From: Paraspadella gotoi
Lineage: Eukaryota > Animalia > Chaetognatha
Direction of reading: 5' to 3'
DNA: 64,000 bases
Assembly (NCBI GenBank): GCA_051294375.1
Contig: CM119271.1
Span: forward strand, 13,578,372 to 13,642,371
In this document: positions 54,170-64,000 of the stretch, in pieces
Layout: every line of letters begins with the position of its first letter
Position numbering within the stretch: position 1 is the first letter of the stretch
Translations under genes and position numbers: made by a program
The notes under the pieces: generated by a model
Told to the model about the DNA's origin: nothing
Databases searched by the model: none
What the model saw: the letters and a program-made list of their open reading frames with translations, nothing else

Positions 54170-54398
54170 CAATGGCATTAAGGTAGAAATGCGATGGCAT
54201 CGAAATAGAATTGCGATGGCATTTAGATAGAATTGCGATGGCATTTAGATAGAATTGTGATGGCATTTAGATAGAATTGCGATGGCATCGAGATAGAATT
54301 GCGATGGCATTTAGATAGAATTGCGATGGCATTTAGATAGAATTGCGATGGCATTTATATAGAATTGCAATGGCATCGAGATAGAATTGCGATGGCAA
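54170..54398. repeat. 22-bp minisatellite (GCGATGGCATTTAGATAGAATT) x~10, intronic
   Basis: Directly visible tandem units inside intron 53981-54784. Confidence 0.9.
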
Positions 54399-54784
54399 TG
54401 AGATGATAAAATGATAGCGTTGATGTGGGGTCGAAAAATTTGGTGAAAGAGAAGGATCTGTGATAGAATTGTGGCATCGTGATATGGCTGTACATAATAA
54501 AGTTATTACGACATGACAAAATGACGACATTCTGGCATCGTTTTCCCTTTATATAGCTGAATAAGAGTTAAAATGGCGTCAGGGTTGAGAGGGGCTTGTG
54601 ATATCTTTGTGATGGCCGTTTGTAAAGTGTCCGACTTTCACCGGCGTCATCTTCATTCACAATGAATTTTAAATCCCCCGGCTGGCTTAAAAAAGGAAGG
54701 AAAGAATTCGCCTATTACGGAAAAAAGACAGACAGACAGACAGACAGACCATCCTCCTCCGCCCCCCCTCCTCAAAAATCTCAC

Positions 54785-55150
54785 TTTAACTCCGTCCGTC
54801 TCAACGACGTTGGGATTCTGCGTCGGCTGCATCCTCTTCCGCCGCCGCCGCCGACAGCAGCAGCCGCCGTCCTCCTCCTCCTGCCGCCGCTGCCGCCCGC
54901 CGCTGCCGCCGCAGTAAACGGTACAGCAGACGACGCCGACGACTATTCCCACGACGACGAGAACGGACAAGACGATGGCGACGGCGATGATGGCGATCCT
55001 CCCGGTGTCCCAAATCGAATCGTCGTCGTCGTCGTTGGAGGAAGATGGCGGGAAGGTGAGCGCGGAGAAGTTCGGCGTCGTCCAGAGCGGGGTGGTTAAC
55101 CAAGCGGGCGGCGTCATCGGAGGTAAAGCCGGAGGAATATCCGTCGACAT
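54785..55150 (-). CDS. Single-pass membrane protein, coding exon (Pro/Thr-rich N-terminus, TM helix, Cys cluster, basic stretch)
   Basis: MSTDIPPALPPMTPP...DDDDDSIWDTGR-IAIIAVAIVLSVLVVVGIVVGVV-CCTVYC...CCCRRRRRKR...ETDGVK, then a phase-0 donor AAA|GTGAGA at 54784. GC-rich codon usage. The true start could lie in an upstream exon. Confidence 0.8.
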
Positions 55151-55679
55151 TATTATGCCGGAGGAGAGGGGGGGGAATCTCTGGGGCGGAAGAAGCTGGG
55201 GGGGGGCGAGAATTGTACGAATTTAAAGTGACAAATGTAAGTTTATCTCCATTCCAAATATATATATTTCGGAAAAGTTTAAATGACCAACAAAAATTTA
55301 TTAATATTTTAAAAGAAAAATATATGAAAAGATGGACATACGGACAGATGCATGGTCAGGACACGACAAACAAACAAAATTTTGTTCACTTTTTTTCCGA
55401 AAGCTTGCCATTTTTTGCTTAACCCCTGAGAATAATTTTAAACCCGATAATATTTCTCAAAATTGTCTGTTGACTGTTGAGAGAAAAAATTAATAATTTA
55501 ATTTCAAATAGATCGGTTTCTCTCATTCATTTTTTTTTGTCTAAAATATAATTACGTTTCGTTTATACTCATTAAATTGAATTCATAAATTAAATTCAAA
55601 TTCGATGCATTAGATTAAATTTATATGAATTAAATTCTTACGAGCGAAACGTCAAACCATGCCTATTGCCCAGTTCAAA

Positions 55680-55800
55680 CCAGGGTCAAAACCGGGTCGG
55701 ACCGGGGTCAAAAACCGGGGTCGGAACCGGGTCAACCCGAGGTCAAACCTGGGTCAAAAACCGGGGTCATACAGAGTTCAAACACGGATCGGGTCACGGA
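55680..55800. repeat. Degenerate 11-13-bp repeat (AAACCGGGTC-like)
   Basis: GGGTC recurs about every 11-13 bp. Confidence 0.7.
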
Positions 55801-56496
55801 GAGTCGGAGAGATTGAACCCCTCCCCCTCCGATCGGCAGATTAGGGTCATTCGCGGCAAAAGTCTAATGACTCGAAATCTGTCGCTCAATTTTCTAGAGT
55901 TTTGAATAGGATAGGATAGGAAGAAAGGATAGGAGGATAGGATAGGAAATAGGGAAGGGAGGGGAGAGGCCTATAAAAAACGCGAAGGTTCCTTACTTCG
56001 AGGAGAAAGAAAAGAAATAACGAATGAGCGAATGAACGATTGGACAATGGATATTGGACAATGTCCATTGTCCAATCGTCCATGTCCATGTCCATTGGAC
56101 ATGTCAACTAACGAACGAACCAACGAATGCACGAATGAACGAAATAATGAACGAACGAACCAACGAATGCACGAATGAACGAACGAATGAACGAACGAAC
56201 CAACTATACAGACGCTAAATTAAAAAAAAATCACCTTTTTCTCACCTTTGTTCTCACACCTTCTCACGTAAATGGATAAGGAGAGGTTCCGTGCATGCAG
56301 ACGAATTTCCCGACGAATTGCCCGACAAAGCCGACAAAACCGACGAAAATATCAGGGCGACATTGTCGTGGCACTATTTCCCAAAATAAAGTTTTTTTAA
56401 AAAATAAATAAATATGAAAACATTTTTTTGTAACAAGTAACGCTATCGAGAAAAGGAAAAAAGTTTAAAGAGGCCTTACGGGGTGACGCTTCCATG

Positions 56497-56498
<2 letters not shown>

Positions 56499-56586
<88 letters not shown>
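56499..56586. repeat. (ATT)n microsatellite
   Basis: Direct observation. Confidence 0.95.
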
Positions 56587-57850
56587 TATAGTATTATTTA
56601 TTATTAACATTTAAATCCTTAAATTATTCTTTCTTTTTTTCCCCAGAATTTAAACATCATTTCATTCGAAGCGTAAAATTCGAGATTTGCTCATCTGTTT
56701 TTTTGTTGTTTTTTTTCTGTTTTTTTTTTTTCTTTTTTTCCTTTTTTTCTTTTTTTTTTCGTTTGGCAATGGAAATGCGGGACGGACGCCACTGCTCTGA
56801 CGAGGCGAAGGCGGCGCTGAAGCGGAGGCCGGTCCTGCAGCGGGTGGCGGGGCCCACAAATGAGACGTCTACCTTGTAGGTGGCGTTGCAAGATGTACCG
56901 TATGTACAAACTGTAAAAAAAGGCAGCGCAACCGAATTTTTGTTACGGCCCCGCTAATTATAAATCGGCGCCGCAGTCTTACAGCGCCGCAGTCTTACTG
57001 CGCCGCGTTGACGGGTCTCCTGAGATTTTCGACCTCGAATCCTTTCGTTCTCCTGAGGATGTTAACTTTTCAAGTCTGTTAAGAGGAAGAAGTGAGTTGG
57101 ACAAACCTGCGGAGTCCACATTCCCCTTTCGTCTTACCTGCCTATTCGCTTATCTTCATTTTTCTTTTCTTTTTCTTCTCTTCTCTTTTCTCATTCCTTT
57201 CTTTTCAATCTCTTATCTTTTCTCTTTCTTTTCTTTTTTTCCTTTCTTTTTCTTCTCTTATCTTTTAAGACAAGAAGTAGACAAGAAAGTTCGCTCGATT
57301 CCCGCCCAACTTGTCTTTTTTATTTTTTTTTTTTTTTTTTTTTTTTTTCGTCCTCCTTTTTTTTTCTCTCGCCCCGTCGCAAACTTTCTTTTTTTCTCTT
57401 TCTTTCTTTTTTCTACTCGGAATTTTTTCTTAGTTTTATTTACTTCGTTTTTATTCTTCCTTTATTTTCATATATTTTTTTCAGTATCTTTAACTCGACA
57501 ACCCTTTGTGTTTGGTTATGATTCCGAGACGCAACTTTTTAGAGAAATCGAATTCCCGAGAACTGTCATCAAATAAATAAAACTAGTACCATGACTAGTT
57601 GACAACTGACTAAACTTCAAAATAAATAACATGACCGGATTTTAAATTAAGTACATTCTCATAATCGTAAACGGAGTTAAAATTAGAATTTTCTCGCGCC
57701 ACCGAAAAATACCGTGACAATTTTATACATAACTCAAAAGAATAGAACAGTTTCGTCATCGTCTTGCGCGTCAACACCCCAGACTTTCATTATTGGCGTC
57801 ACTCTTTGATCCCCAAAGCCTTTGCAAAGTCTCTCAACATCCCTCGTGGA

Positions 57851-58090
57851 TCACGTCAAGTAAAACTTTCTTCTTCCTTCGATCGGTTTGCGGCAAATGT
57901 GGCAAGATGCGATCCTTTTGCAGCAATCGGCGCACCCGGCGTGGCCGCAGTCGAAGACGGTGTCCTTGTTCCGTTCGAAGCAGATGTTGCAGAGTCGTTC
58001 CTCCTCCAAAGCTTTGACTCTCTCCATCAACTTGCGGGTTTCGTCTTCGTCGGCTGGAGGGGTGGATTTTAACTCTGGGTTCTCTTGCGC
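57851..58090 (-). CDS. 3xSH3-RING protein, exon 4 (short coiled segment and C-terminal RING-HC, probable E3 ubiquitin ligase)
   Basis: Acceptor (CT)n-CAG|GCG. LEEERL-CNIC-FERNKDTVFD-CGH-AG-CADC-CKRIAS-CHIC-RKPIEGRRKFYLT* has C3HC4 spacing with the terminal position and short hydrophobic tail seen in IAP/MIB/RGLG-type RINGs. Confidence 0.92.
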   Translation of the reverse strand, partial: AQENPELKSTPPADEDETRKLMERVKALEEERLCNICFERNKDTVFDCGHAGCADCCKRIASCHICRKPIEGRRKFYLT

Positions 58091-58092
58091 CT

Positions 58093-58123
<31 letters not shown>

Positions 58124-58139
58124 CAGAGGAGAGAGAAGA

Positions 58140-58171
<32 letters not shown>

Positions 58172-58382
58172 CAGAGAGAGCACGGAGAGGAGAAAGAGGA
58201 CAGAGAGACAGAGAGAGAGAGGACATTAGAGATGAATAGAGAGATAAGAGCGGAGAGAGAAAGAGACAGAGAGACAGAGAGAGAGACAGAGACAGGTTGT
58301 CCATAGTTCCTTCCTTTTTTTCGCAACGAGTTTTTCTTTTTTATTATTATCATTATTAATATTATTATATTAATTATACTAC

Positions 58383-58563
58383 CTGCGATTTTGCTCTCTT
58401 CTGACTTTGTCCATATTTTTTGTCCGATTTTCTGGAGAGTACCTCGACATAATTGGCGGGAAACATCCCGACTGCCTTGAAGTGGCGCTCTCTGTGCAAG
58501 AAGCCTTTCCACCAACCCGGATGTTGGGGCAGAGTGTCGATCACTGTCAGCTTGTCGCCTTTC
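58383..58563 (-). CDS. 3xSH3-RING protein, exon 3 (rest of SH3 #3); not in the ORF track
   Basis: Acceptor CTCTCCAG|G completes the phase-2 codon and reads KKGDKLTVIDTLPQHPGWWKGFLHRERHFKAVGMFPANYVEVL...KSQ. 181 nt, donor CAG|GTAGTA. Confidence 0.9.
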
Positions 58564-58707
58564 CTGGAGAGCGGGTTTCAGGAAAAAGGACAGAGATGTT
58601 TTAGGTCTACTACATTAATTTTTTATAGGTATCGTATTATGTAACGAAAATTACAACATTACTTTTTTTGCTTTATCCAGCTTAAATTAAAATATTATGA
58701 ATATTAC

Positions 58708-59471
58708 TTAATCGTCAAATCGTCCTCCTCACGGGCGTCAAAGTCGTAAATTGCTCTGACAATGTACGGATCGTCGTCTGTATTCCTTTTTCCCGCCATC
58801 TCTACTTCTTCTTCCGCCGCTTCCGCCGCTTCCGCAGCCTCAGCAGCAGCCACGGCCTCTACTGCCGCCACCGCTTCCGCAGTCACCGCAGCTGCCTCGT
58901 CGTGAGACGGAGTTAGTACAAAATAAGTAGAGTCAGTGCTGCTGCTAGAGGAGGAAGAGCTGCTGGAAGCGCTGCCAGGAACGCTACCGGAGGAGCTTCC
59001 GGAAGCAGAGAAGCTGCTGACGATGCTCGAAGCATTTTCAGAGGAATTTGTACCAACAACTCCGTCAACCCCGTTTATAGGGCTCCCAGAATCGAAGACA
59101 ACGTAGTTGTAGGCATTGGTCGGCACGTCATAAATGTTACTCTCATAATTAGTTTGGCCATTAATTTCCCAAAGTGGTGTAATTCCACTCCTGCTAATGA
59201 GATAGTCCCTCGGCACCAGCCCCTCGATGAGAGGCTTTCCAACGACGAAGCCGCGCCACCAACCGTTGTCCTTGCCTTCTCCATTGTGTTTATCCAATAT
59301 ATGAATAGCGTCGCCACGATTGAAGGACAGTTCGCCTTCGAGGTTGGTTTCGAAGTCGTAATTGGCCACGTATATAAATGATTTAGTTTGTGTGAGTGTT
59401 CCAGAGGCTAGCTCATCTGAGATTCGTTTCATGGCTAATTTTTTCGTTTTTTCAGCCTTCTCCTCTGCTGC
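58708..59471 (-). CDS. 3xSH3-RING protein, exon 2 (SH3 #2, YDVP motif, Ser/Ala-rich linker, start of SH3 #3)
   Basis: Acceptor TTTACAG|GCA. Reads YVANYDFETNLEGELSFNRGDAIHILDK...WWRG...GLVPRDYL, later VRAIYDFDAREEDDLTI. Phase-2 donor AA|GTAATA at 58707. Confidence 0.9.
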
Positions 59472-59682
59472 CTGTAAATATTGTAAGTTTTTAAAATTTG
59501 GTTAATAAACAGCCGTTATAATTATTGAATATTTTGAATAATTTTAAATATTTAAAAATGGTAATTAAAATTATAATGTTTATGCATTTTAAAAAATCAT
59601 AAAATTTGTTTATATCAATAAGATAATAAAGATTAATGCCAATTAATATCAATTAAATTGTTATTATTGAATAATATATTAC

Positions 59683-60063
59683 CTCTTTAAAAACATAGTC
59701 GATGCTTCTGCTATACAAGCTTGAGTCACCCCCACTGTTAACGCTGTTACCACCGGAGTTGAGAGTCATGGTTTTGCGCAGTCGTATCTTCTTCTCCGGC
59801 AATTGAGGAAAACATTTTTCTCCATCGATCGCTGTGAAAGGTCTGGTTACGAGATAATCCCTCGGCACCAGCCCCTCGACGCGAGGCTTTCCAACGACAA
59901 AGCCACGCCACCAAAAGTTGTCGTTGCCTTCGCCGTCGTGTTTTTCCAACACGCAGATGGCGTCGCCGCTTTTAAACGCAATCTCCCCATCGCGATCCCC
60001 GGTGAAGTCGTGTAGAGCGAAATAGACCTCGGATTTGGCGGCCATTTTCCCCGCCGTCGCCAT
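59683..60063 (-). CDS. 3xSH3-RING protein, exon 1 (SH3 #1)
   Basis: YFALHDFTGDRDGEIAFKSGDAICVLEK...WWRG...EGLVPRDYL carries the SH3 signature. 381 nt, phase-0 donor GAG|GTAATA. Confidence 0.9.
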
Positions 60064-60430
60064 TTTAAAAGCGCCAAAGTATGACGTTGATTTTGACGTT
60101 TAGGTACTTGTAACTTGTAAATTCATAAAATTTACGAATTTTAAATATTAATTTCTAGTTTTAAAGTAGGAACAACTTAAAAGAGGGTAAAACGGAAAGG
60201 TTTTTTTTTTTTATGTCCCGGTTTTTTTTTTTTTTTTTTTTTTGATCTATTCTGCCCATTCAGCTTTTGACAAAGAAATAGGAAGTATTACTCTTATTCC
60301 GGGTTTTCAATTCTCTTTCCGGGAATTTCCAAATATCTCTTAAAACCTGTTTTTTTTTTTTACAGAATTTCGACGCTCGGCCTAAATCGAGCACATTTTA
60401 TTTGTCCTAAATTTTTTGTAATAGTTTTTT

Positions 60431-60738
60431 GGCTCTTTTTTCCAAAAGCGCCCCATTTCCGTTTCCGTAAACTTAATTTTAATTTTTAAATTTAATTATA
60501 ATCTATTACCAAACCTAAGACATAATCCTTAACTCTAATCCCTAATGCTAATCCTTAAAAACTTTATTTAATCCCTAACCTTAAAAAAAATCCATAATCT
60601 TTAACACTAATCCGTATCCCTAACCACTAATCTAATTCCTAACCCTAATCTTTAATCCATAACCTAATCTTCAAAATTTTAAAAACTAATTTAACCGCGA
60701 GTTTAAGATGAAACTGGGCGCGTTGAGGAAATAATGCC
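60431..60738 (+). mobile_element. MITE-like element with ~29-bp imperfect TIRs and degenerate (CCCTAA)n interior
   Basis: Left end GGCTCTTTTTTCCAAAAGCGCCCCATTTC; right end GAAACTGGGCGCGTTGAGGAAATAATGCC. Interior is rich in CCCTAACC/CTAATC. Confidence 0.55.
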
Positions 60739-61590
60739 TTGGTTTCGCTTTTTTCTCGCCAAGCGAGTGTCATTTTTTTTTTCGTCAAGACTGGATTTCT
60801 TTTTTTGGATTCCGACATAATTCTAATTTTATCCAAATGACGAAGTTGTAACGAAAACTGTTAAATTTTTGTCGAATTTACCCAAATTTTAAGGGAAGGG
60901 ATTTTATAATGCCGAAGTTTTATTAATTTCTTTTATGCTATTTCATTTTTAGTATTCAGATTCGATCTCATATTTCCCTCGTGAATTTTCCTACAACTTC
61001 TCTTTCTGAATATCGTCTTAAGCATCATCATCATCGTCATTAGCATCATTATCATCGTTATCATCATCATCAGTATCATTATCATCATCATCAACGAAAT
61101 AAACAACAGCAAGAACGACGACGACAATTATAACAACAACAACAACTACAACATTAACAACAACCAACCAAACTGTGCCGGTAAAAAAAAACGAGCCAAC
61201 GGACAAACGCGTCCGACGTTAGACAAGAAAAAGGGGAAAAAAATTCTCCGGTTTCCATTTTTGGATTCCGACCAAGAAAAAAAACCCAGACGTACGTACG
61301 TACGCAGCCGTTCGGCCATCGAAAGAAGCCTTCGTACGCGAGGGCCGTTGGGAGCCCAACAGGCACGGGGCGAAGCTTCTCCCCCCCCCCCATGTGGAGA
61401 GCCTTCGGGAAAGGCTGAGCCGACAGGGGGAAAGAAAAGGTCACGTGAAAGACATTGTTTGCCAGTGAGAAGAATTCACGAGTTTAGACAAGTTTTGGAT
61501 GTGAAAGTGAAAAATGAGATTTTGATTTGGGAAAAACGGGATGGGGGGAGGGGAAATGTGTGAGGTGATTTCAGCTTGTGAAAGGAGATT

Positions 61591-61800
61591 TTCCGTGATA
61601 GCGCAATGGGCTAGCGCTTTAACTTCGAACGTCAGGGTCGAGGGTTCTCGCCCACCGACAGCAAGCCTATTGTTAGAGTTAGGAAAATCAAGAACAGGAG
61701 GAAAATCTCATGGACCCCACCCGGTGTACACGATCTGGGGGCACACTGATAGAGAGTGTTAGTGACTCTGGCTTTTCCTTTCATGCATAGTATGCATACA
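61591..61800 (+). mobile_element. tRNA-Arg(TCG)-derived SINE
   Basis: Pol III A box TAGCGCAATGG, anticodon-loop-like CTTCGAA, degenerate B box GAGGGTTCTCGCCC, then a tRNA-unrelated body. No complete cloverleaf. Confidence 0.6.
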
Positions 61801-63599
61801 ACGCTAATTGTTTATCGTCAATGATAAACTTAACAACAGTTAATTGAGCGACGGCAGAATGAAACTTTCTTTGCTTAAATTAGTTTAATTTGAAGGCTCC
61901 TTTAAAATATTTGAATGATATTTCGGACAAGGTTATAAAATGACGGTGAGAATTTGTAAAAGATCTTTTTCGTCGCCAGATTGTGATGCGAGGCGAGTTA
62001 TTTGAGTTTTGTGAGTTTTGTGAGAATGTCTGATGTCTGGTTAGTTTTGTGATGCGAGGGAGTGAAACGGTTAGAGAGATTTAATCCTTGAATTTTCTTA
62101 TCTCGCTGTAGAANNNNNNNNNNNNNNNNNNNNNNNNNNNNNNNNNNNNNNNNNNNNNNNNNNNNNNNNNNNNNNNNNNNNNNNNNNNNNNNNNNNNNNN
62201 NNNNNNNNNNNNNNNNNNNNNNNNNNNNNNNNNNNNNNNNNNNNNNNNNNNNNNNNNNNNNNNNNNNNNNNNNNNNNNNNNNNNNNNNNNNNNNNNNNNN
62301 NNNNNNNNNNNNNNNNNNNNNNNNNNNNNNNNNNNNNNNNNNNNNNNNNNNNNNNNNNNNNNNNNNNNNNNNNNNNNNNNNNNNNNNNNNNNNNNNNNNN
62401 NNNNNNNNNNNNNNNNNNNNNNNNNNNNNNNNNNNNNNNNNNNNNNNNNNNNNNNNNNNNNNNNNNNNNNNNNNNNNNNNNNNNNNNNNNNNNNNNNNNN
62501 NNNNNNNNNNNNNNNNNNNNNNNNNNNNNNNNNNNNNNNNNNNNNNNNNNNNNNNNNNNNNNNNNNNNNNNNNNNNNNNNNNNNNNNNNNNNNNNNNNNN
62601 NNNNNNNNNNNNNNNNNNNNNNNNNNNNNNNNNNNNNNNNNNNNNNNNNNNNNNNNNNNNNNNNNNNNNNNNNNNNNNNNNNNNNNNNNNNNNNNNNNNN
62701 NNNNNCTTTTTTTTTTTCCTTTTTTTTTTCTTTTTTTTTCATGGCGTCTGATCTTTCTTTTTTGCTCCTTGATTGGTCGAAGTGTTATTTTTTTTCTCTC
62801 AGTTCTTTGAAAGGGTTGATATATATTTAATCTTTTTTTTATGTATTTTCACTGATTAGCCAAATTGTGGCGGGACTAATCATTACCAGAAAAAATTTGC
62901 TTTTGAAATATTGATAAGAATTTAACTGTTTTTGTTAAATTAGCTAACTTAATTTTTGATCTATTATCTATTTTATTATTTTCTACTTTTTTAGATACCG
63001 GATTTAAGCCGTTGAAAATCCGGTTCGGATCAGAAAGCGAAAAAAAAATCGACCAAAACAAAAAAAAAACTAGATTAAAAACAAAGAACACCAACGAAAA
63101 TAAAACAAAAACAAAAACGTTGACGAGGACAAAAAAAAACAAAAAAACAAAAGGACAAAACAAGTTAAAAAGAAAAAACAAAAGGACAAAACAAGATAAA
63201 AAGAAAAAACAAAAGGCTTGAGAGAGAAAAGGAAAAAGTTGACGACGAAACTTTTTTCTTTTTTTTTTTTNNNNNNNNNNNNNNNNNNNNNNNNNGGGCC
63301 ATCGAATAGAAGCCTTTTCGTACGGCTCGTGTCCGCCTCGTTGGAGCCCAACCTAGCCGCACGGGGACGAAGCTTCTGCCCCCCCCATGTGGAGAGCCAT
63401 TCGGGAAAGGCTGAGCGACTAGGGGGAAAGAAAGGTCACGGGAAATGACATTGTTTGCCAGTGAGAAGAATTCACGAAGTTGTTAGTACAAGGTTTTGGA
63501 TGTGAAAGTGAAAAATTGAGGTTGATTAGGGAATAAAACGGGATAGGGGAGGAGGAGAATGTGTGAGGTGATTTTAATGCTTCGTGAATAGGATGAATT

Positions 63600-63815
63600 T
63601 TCCCAGATGTAGGCGCAATGGTGCTACGCGCTTTTAACTTCGAACGTCAGGGTCGAGGGTTTCTCGGCCCACACGACAGGCAAGCCATTTGTTAGAGTTT
63701 AGGAAACATCAAGAAACAGGAGGAAAAATCTCATGGACCCACCCGGGTGTACACGATCTTGGGGGCACACTGATAGAGAGTGTTAGATGACTCTGGCTCT
63801 TTCACTTTCATGCCA
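63600..63815 (+). mobile_element. Noisy second copy of the tRNA-derived SINE (part of duplicated block 63296-63815)
   Basis: Same sequence as 61591-61790 with many 1-bp insertions. Confidence 0.5.
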
Positions 63816-64000
63816 TACAAGGTCGTAGTAAATTTCTAAAATTTTAACTTTAATTAAAATTCTCATAAGTGTAGGAACGGATACAAAACATATATTTACT
63901 AATGAACATAAAATAAGTATTTTAAAAAAAAATTTATAATAAATTTTACAATTTTACGCAGTGGACCATATTTATACTAGTACTAAATCCGCAATAAATG

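Noticed and set aside
54170-54398. CRISPR-like regular repeats (also 27597-27767, 43468-43595 and the 105-bp satellite)
   Set aside because: Units are contiguous or have near-identical spacers, there are no cas genes, and the context is eukaryotic.
61591-61665. Functional tRNA-Arg gene
   Set aside because: The T-loop is defective (GGTTCTCGCCC), anticodon and acceptor stems do not pair well, and the sequence continues into a SINE-like body.
61315-63815. Direct duplication 61315-61790 vs 63296-63815
   Set aside because: The second copy starts at a gap and is insertion-rich; probably an uncorrected read of the same locus.

Overview
Eukaryotic, most likely animal, draft-genome scaffold. It has GT-AG introns, very dense (AG)n/(GAC)n/(GAAT)n microsatellites, many N gaps and several stretches that look like uncorrected long-read gap fill. 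Most listed ORFs are microsatellite or gap artefacts. Three spliced genes can be reconstructed by hand. (1) A + strand three-RRM RNA-binding protein (31097-33456) with two apparent single-base frameshifts and one in-frame TAG. (2) A - strand single-pass membrane protein with juxtamembrane Cys residues and a PMxGYGQ heptad-repeat cytoplasmic tail (53654-55150). (3) A - strand 4-exon, about 521-aa protein with three SH3 domains and a C-terminal RING-HC finger (57851-60063), the reverse of the SH3RF/POSH domain order. The mobile fraction includes a Helentron/DINE-1-like family, a MITE-like family with telomere-like filler, a tRNA-Arg-derived SINE, another SINE-like family and a degenerate Penelope-type minimal hammerhead. 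A composite locus at 39761-42463 consists of a ~105-bp satellite carrying a structured GC-rich dimeric insert with a twister/T-loop-like motif and the 3' end of an LTR retrotransposon. All calls come from reading the sequence; no searches or folding programs were run.
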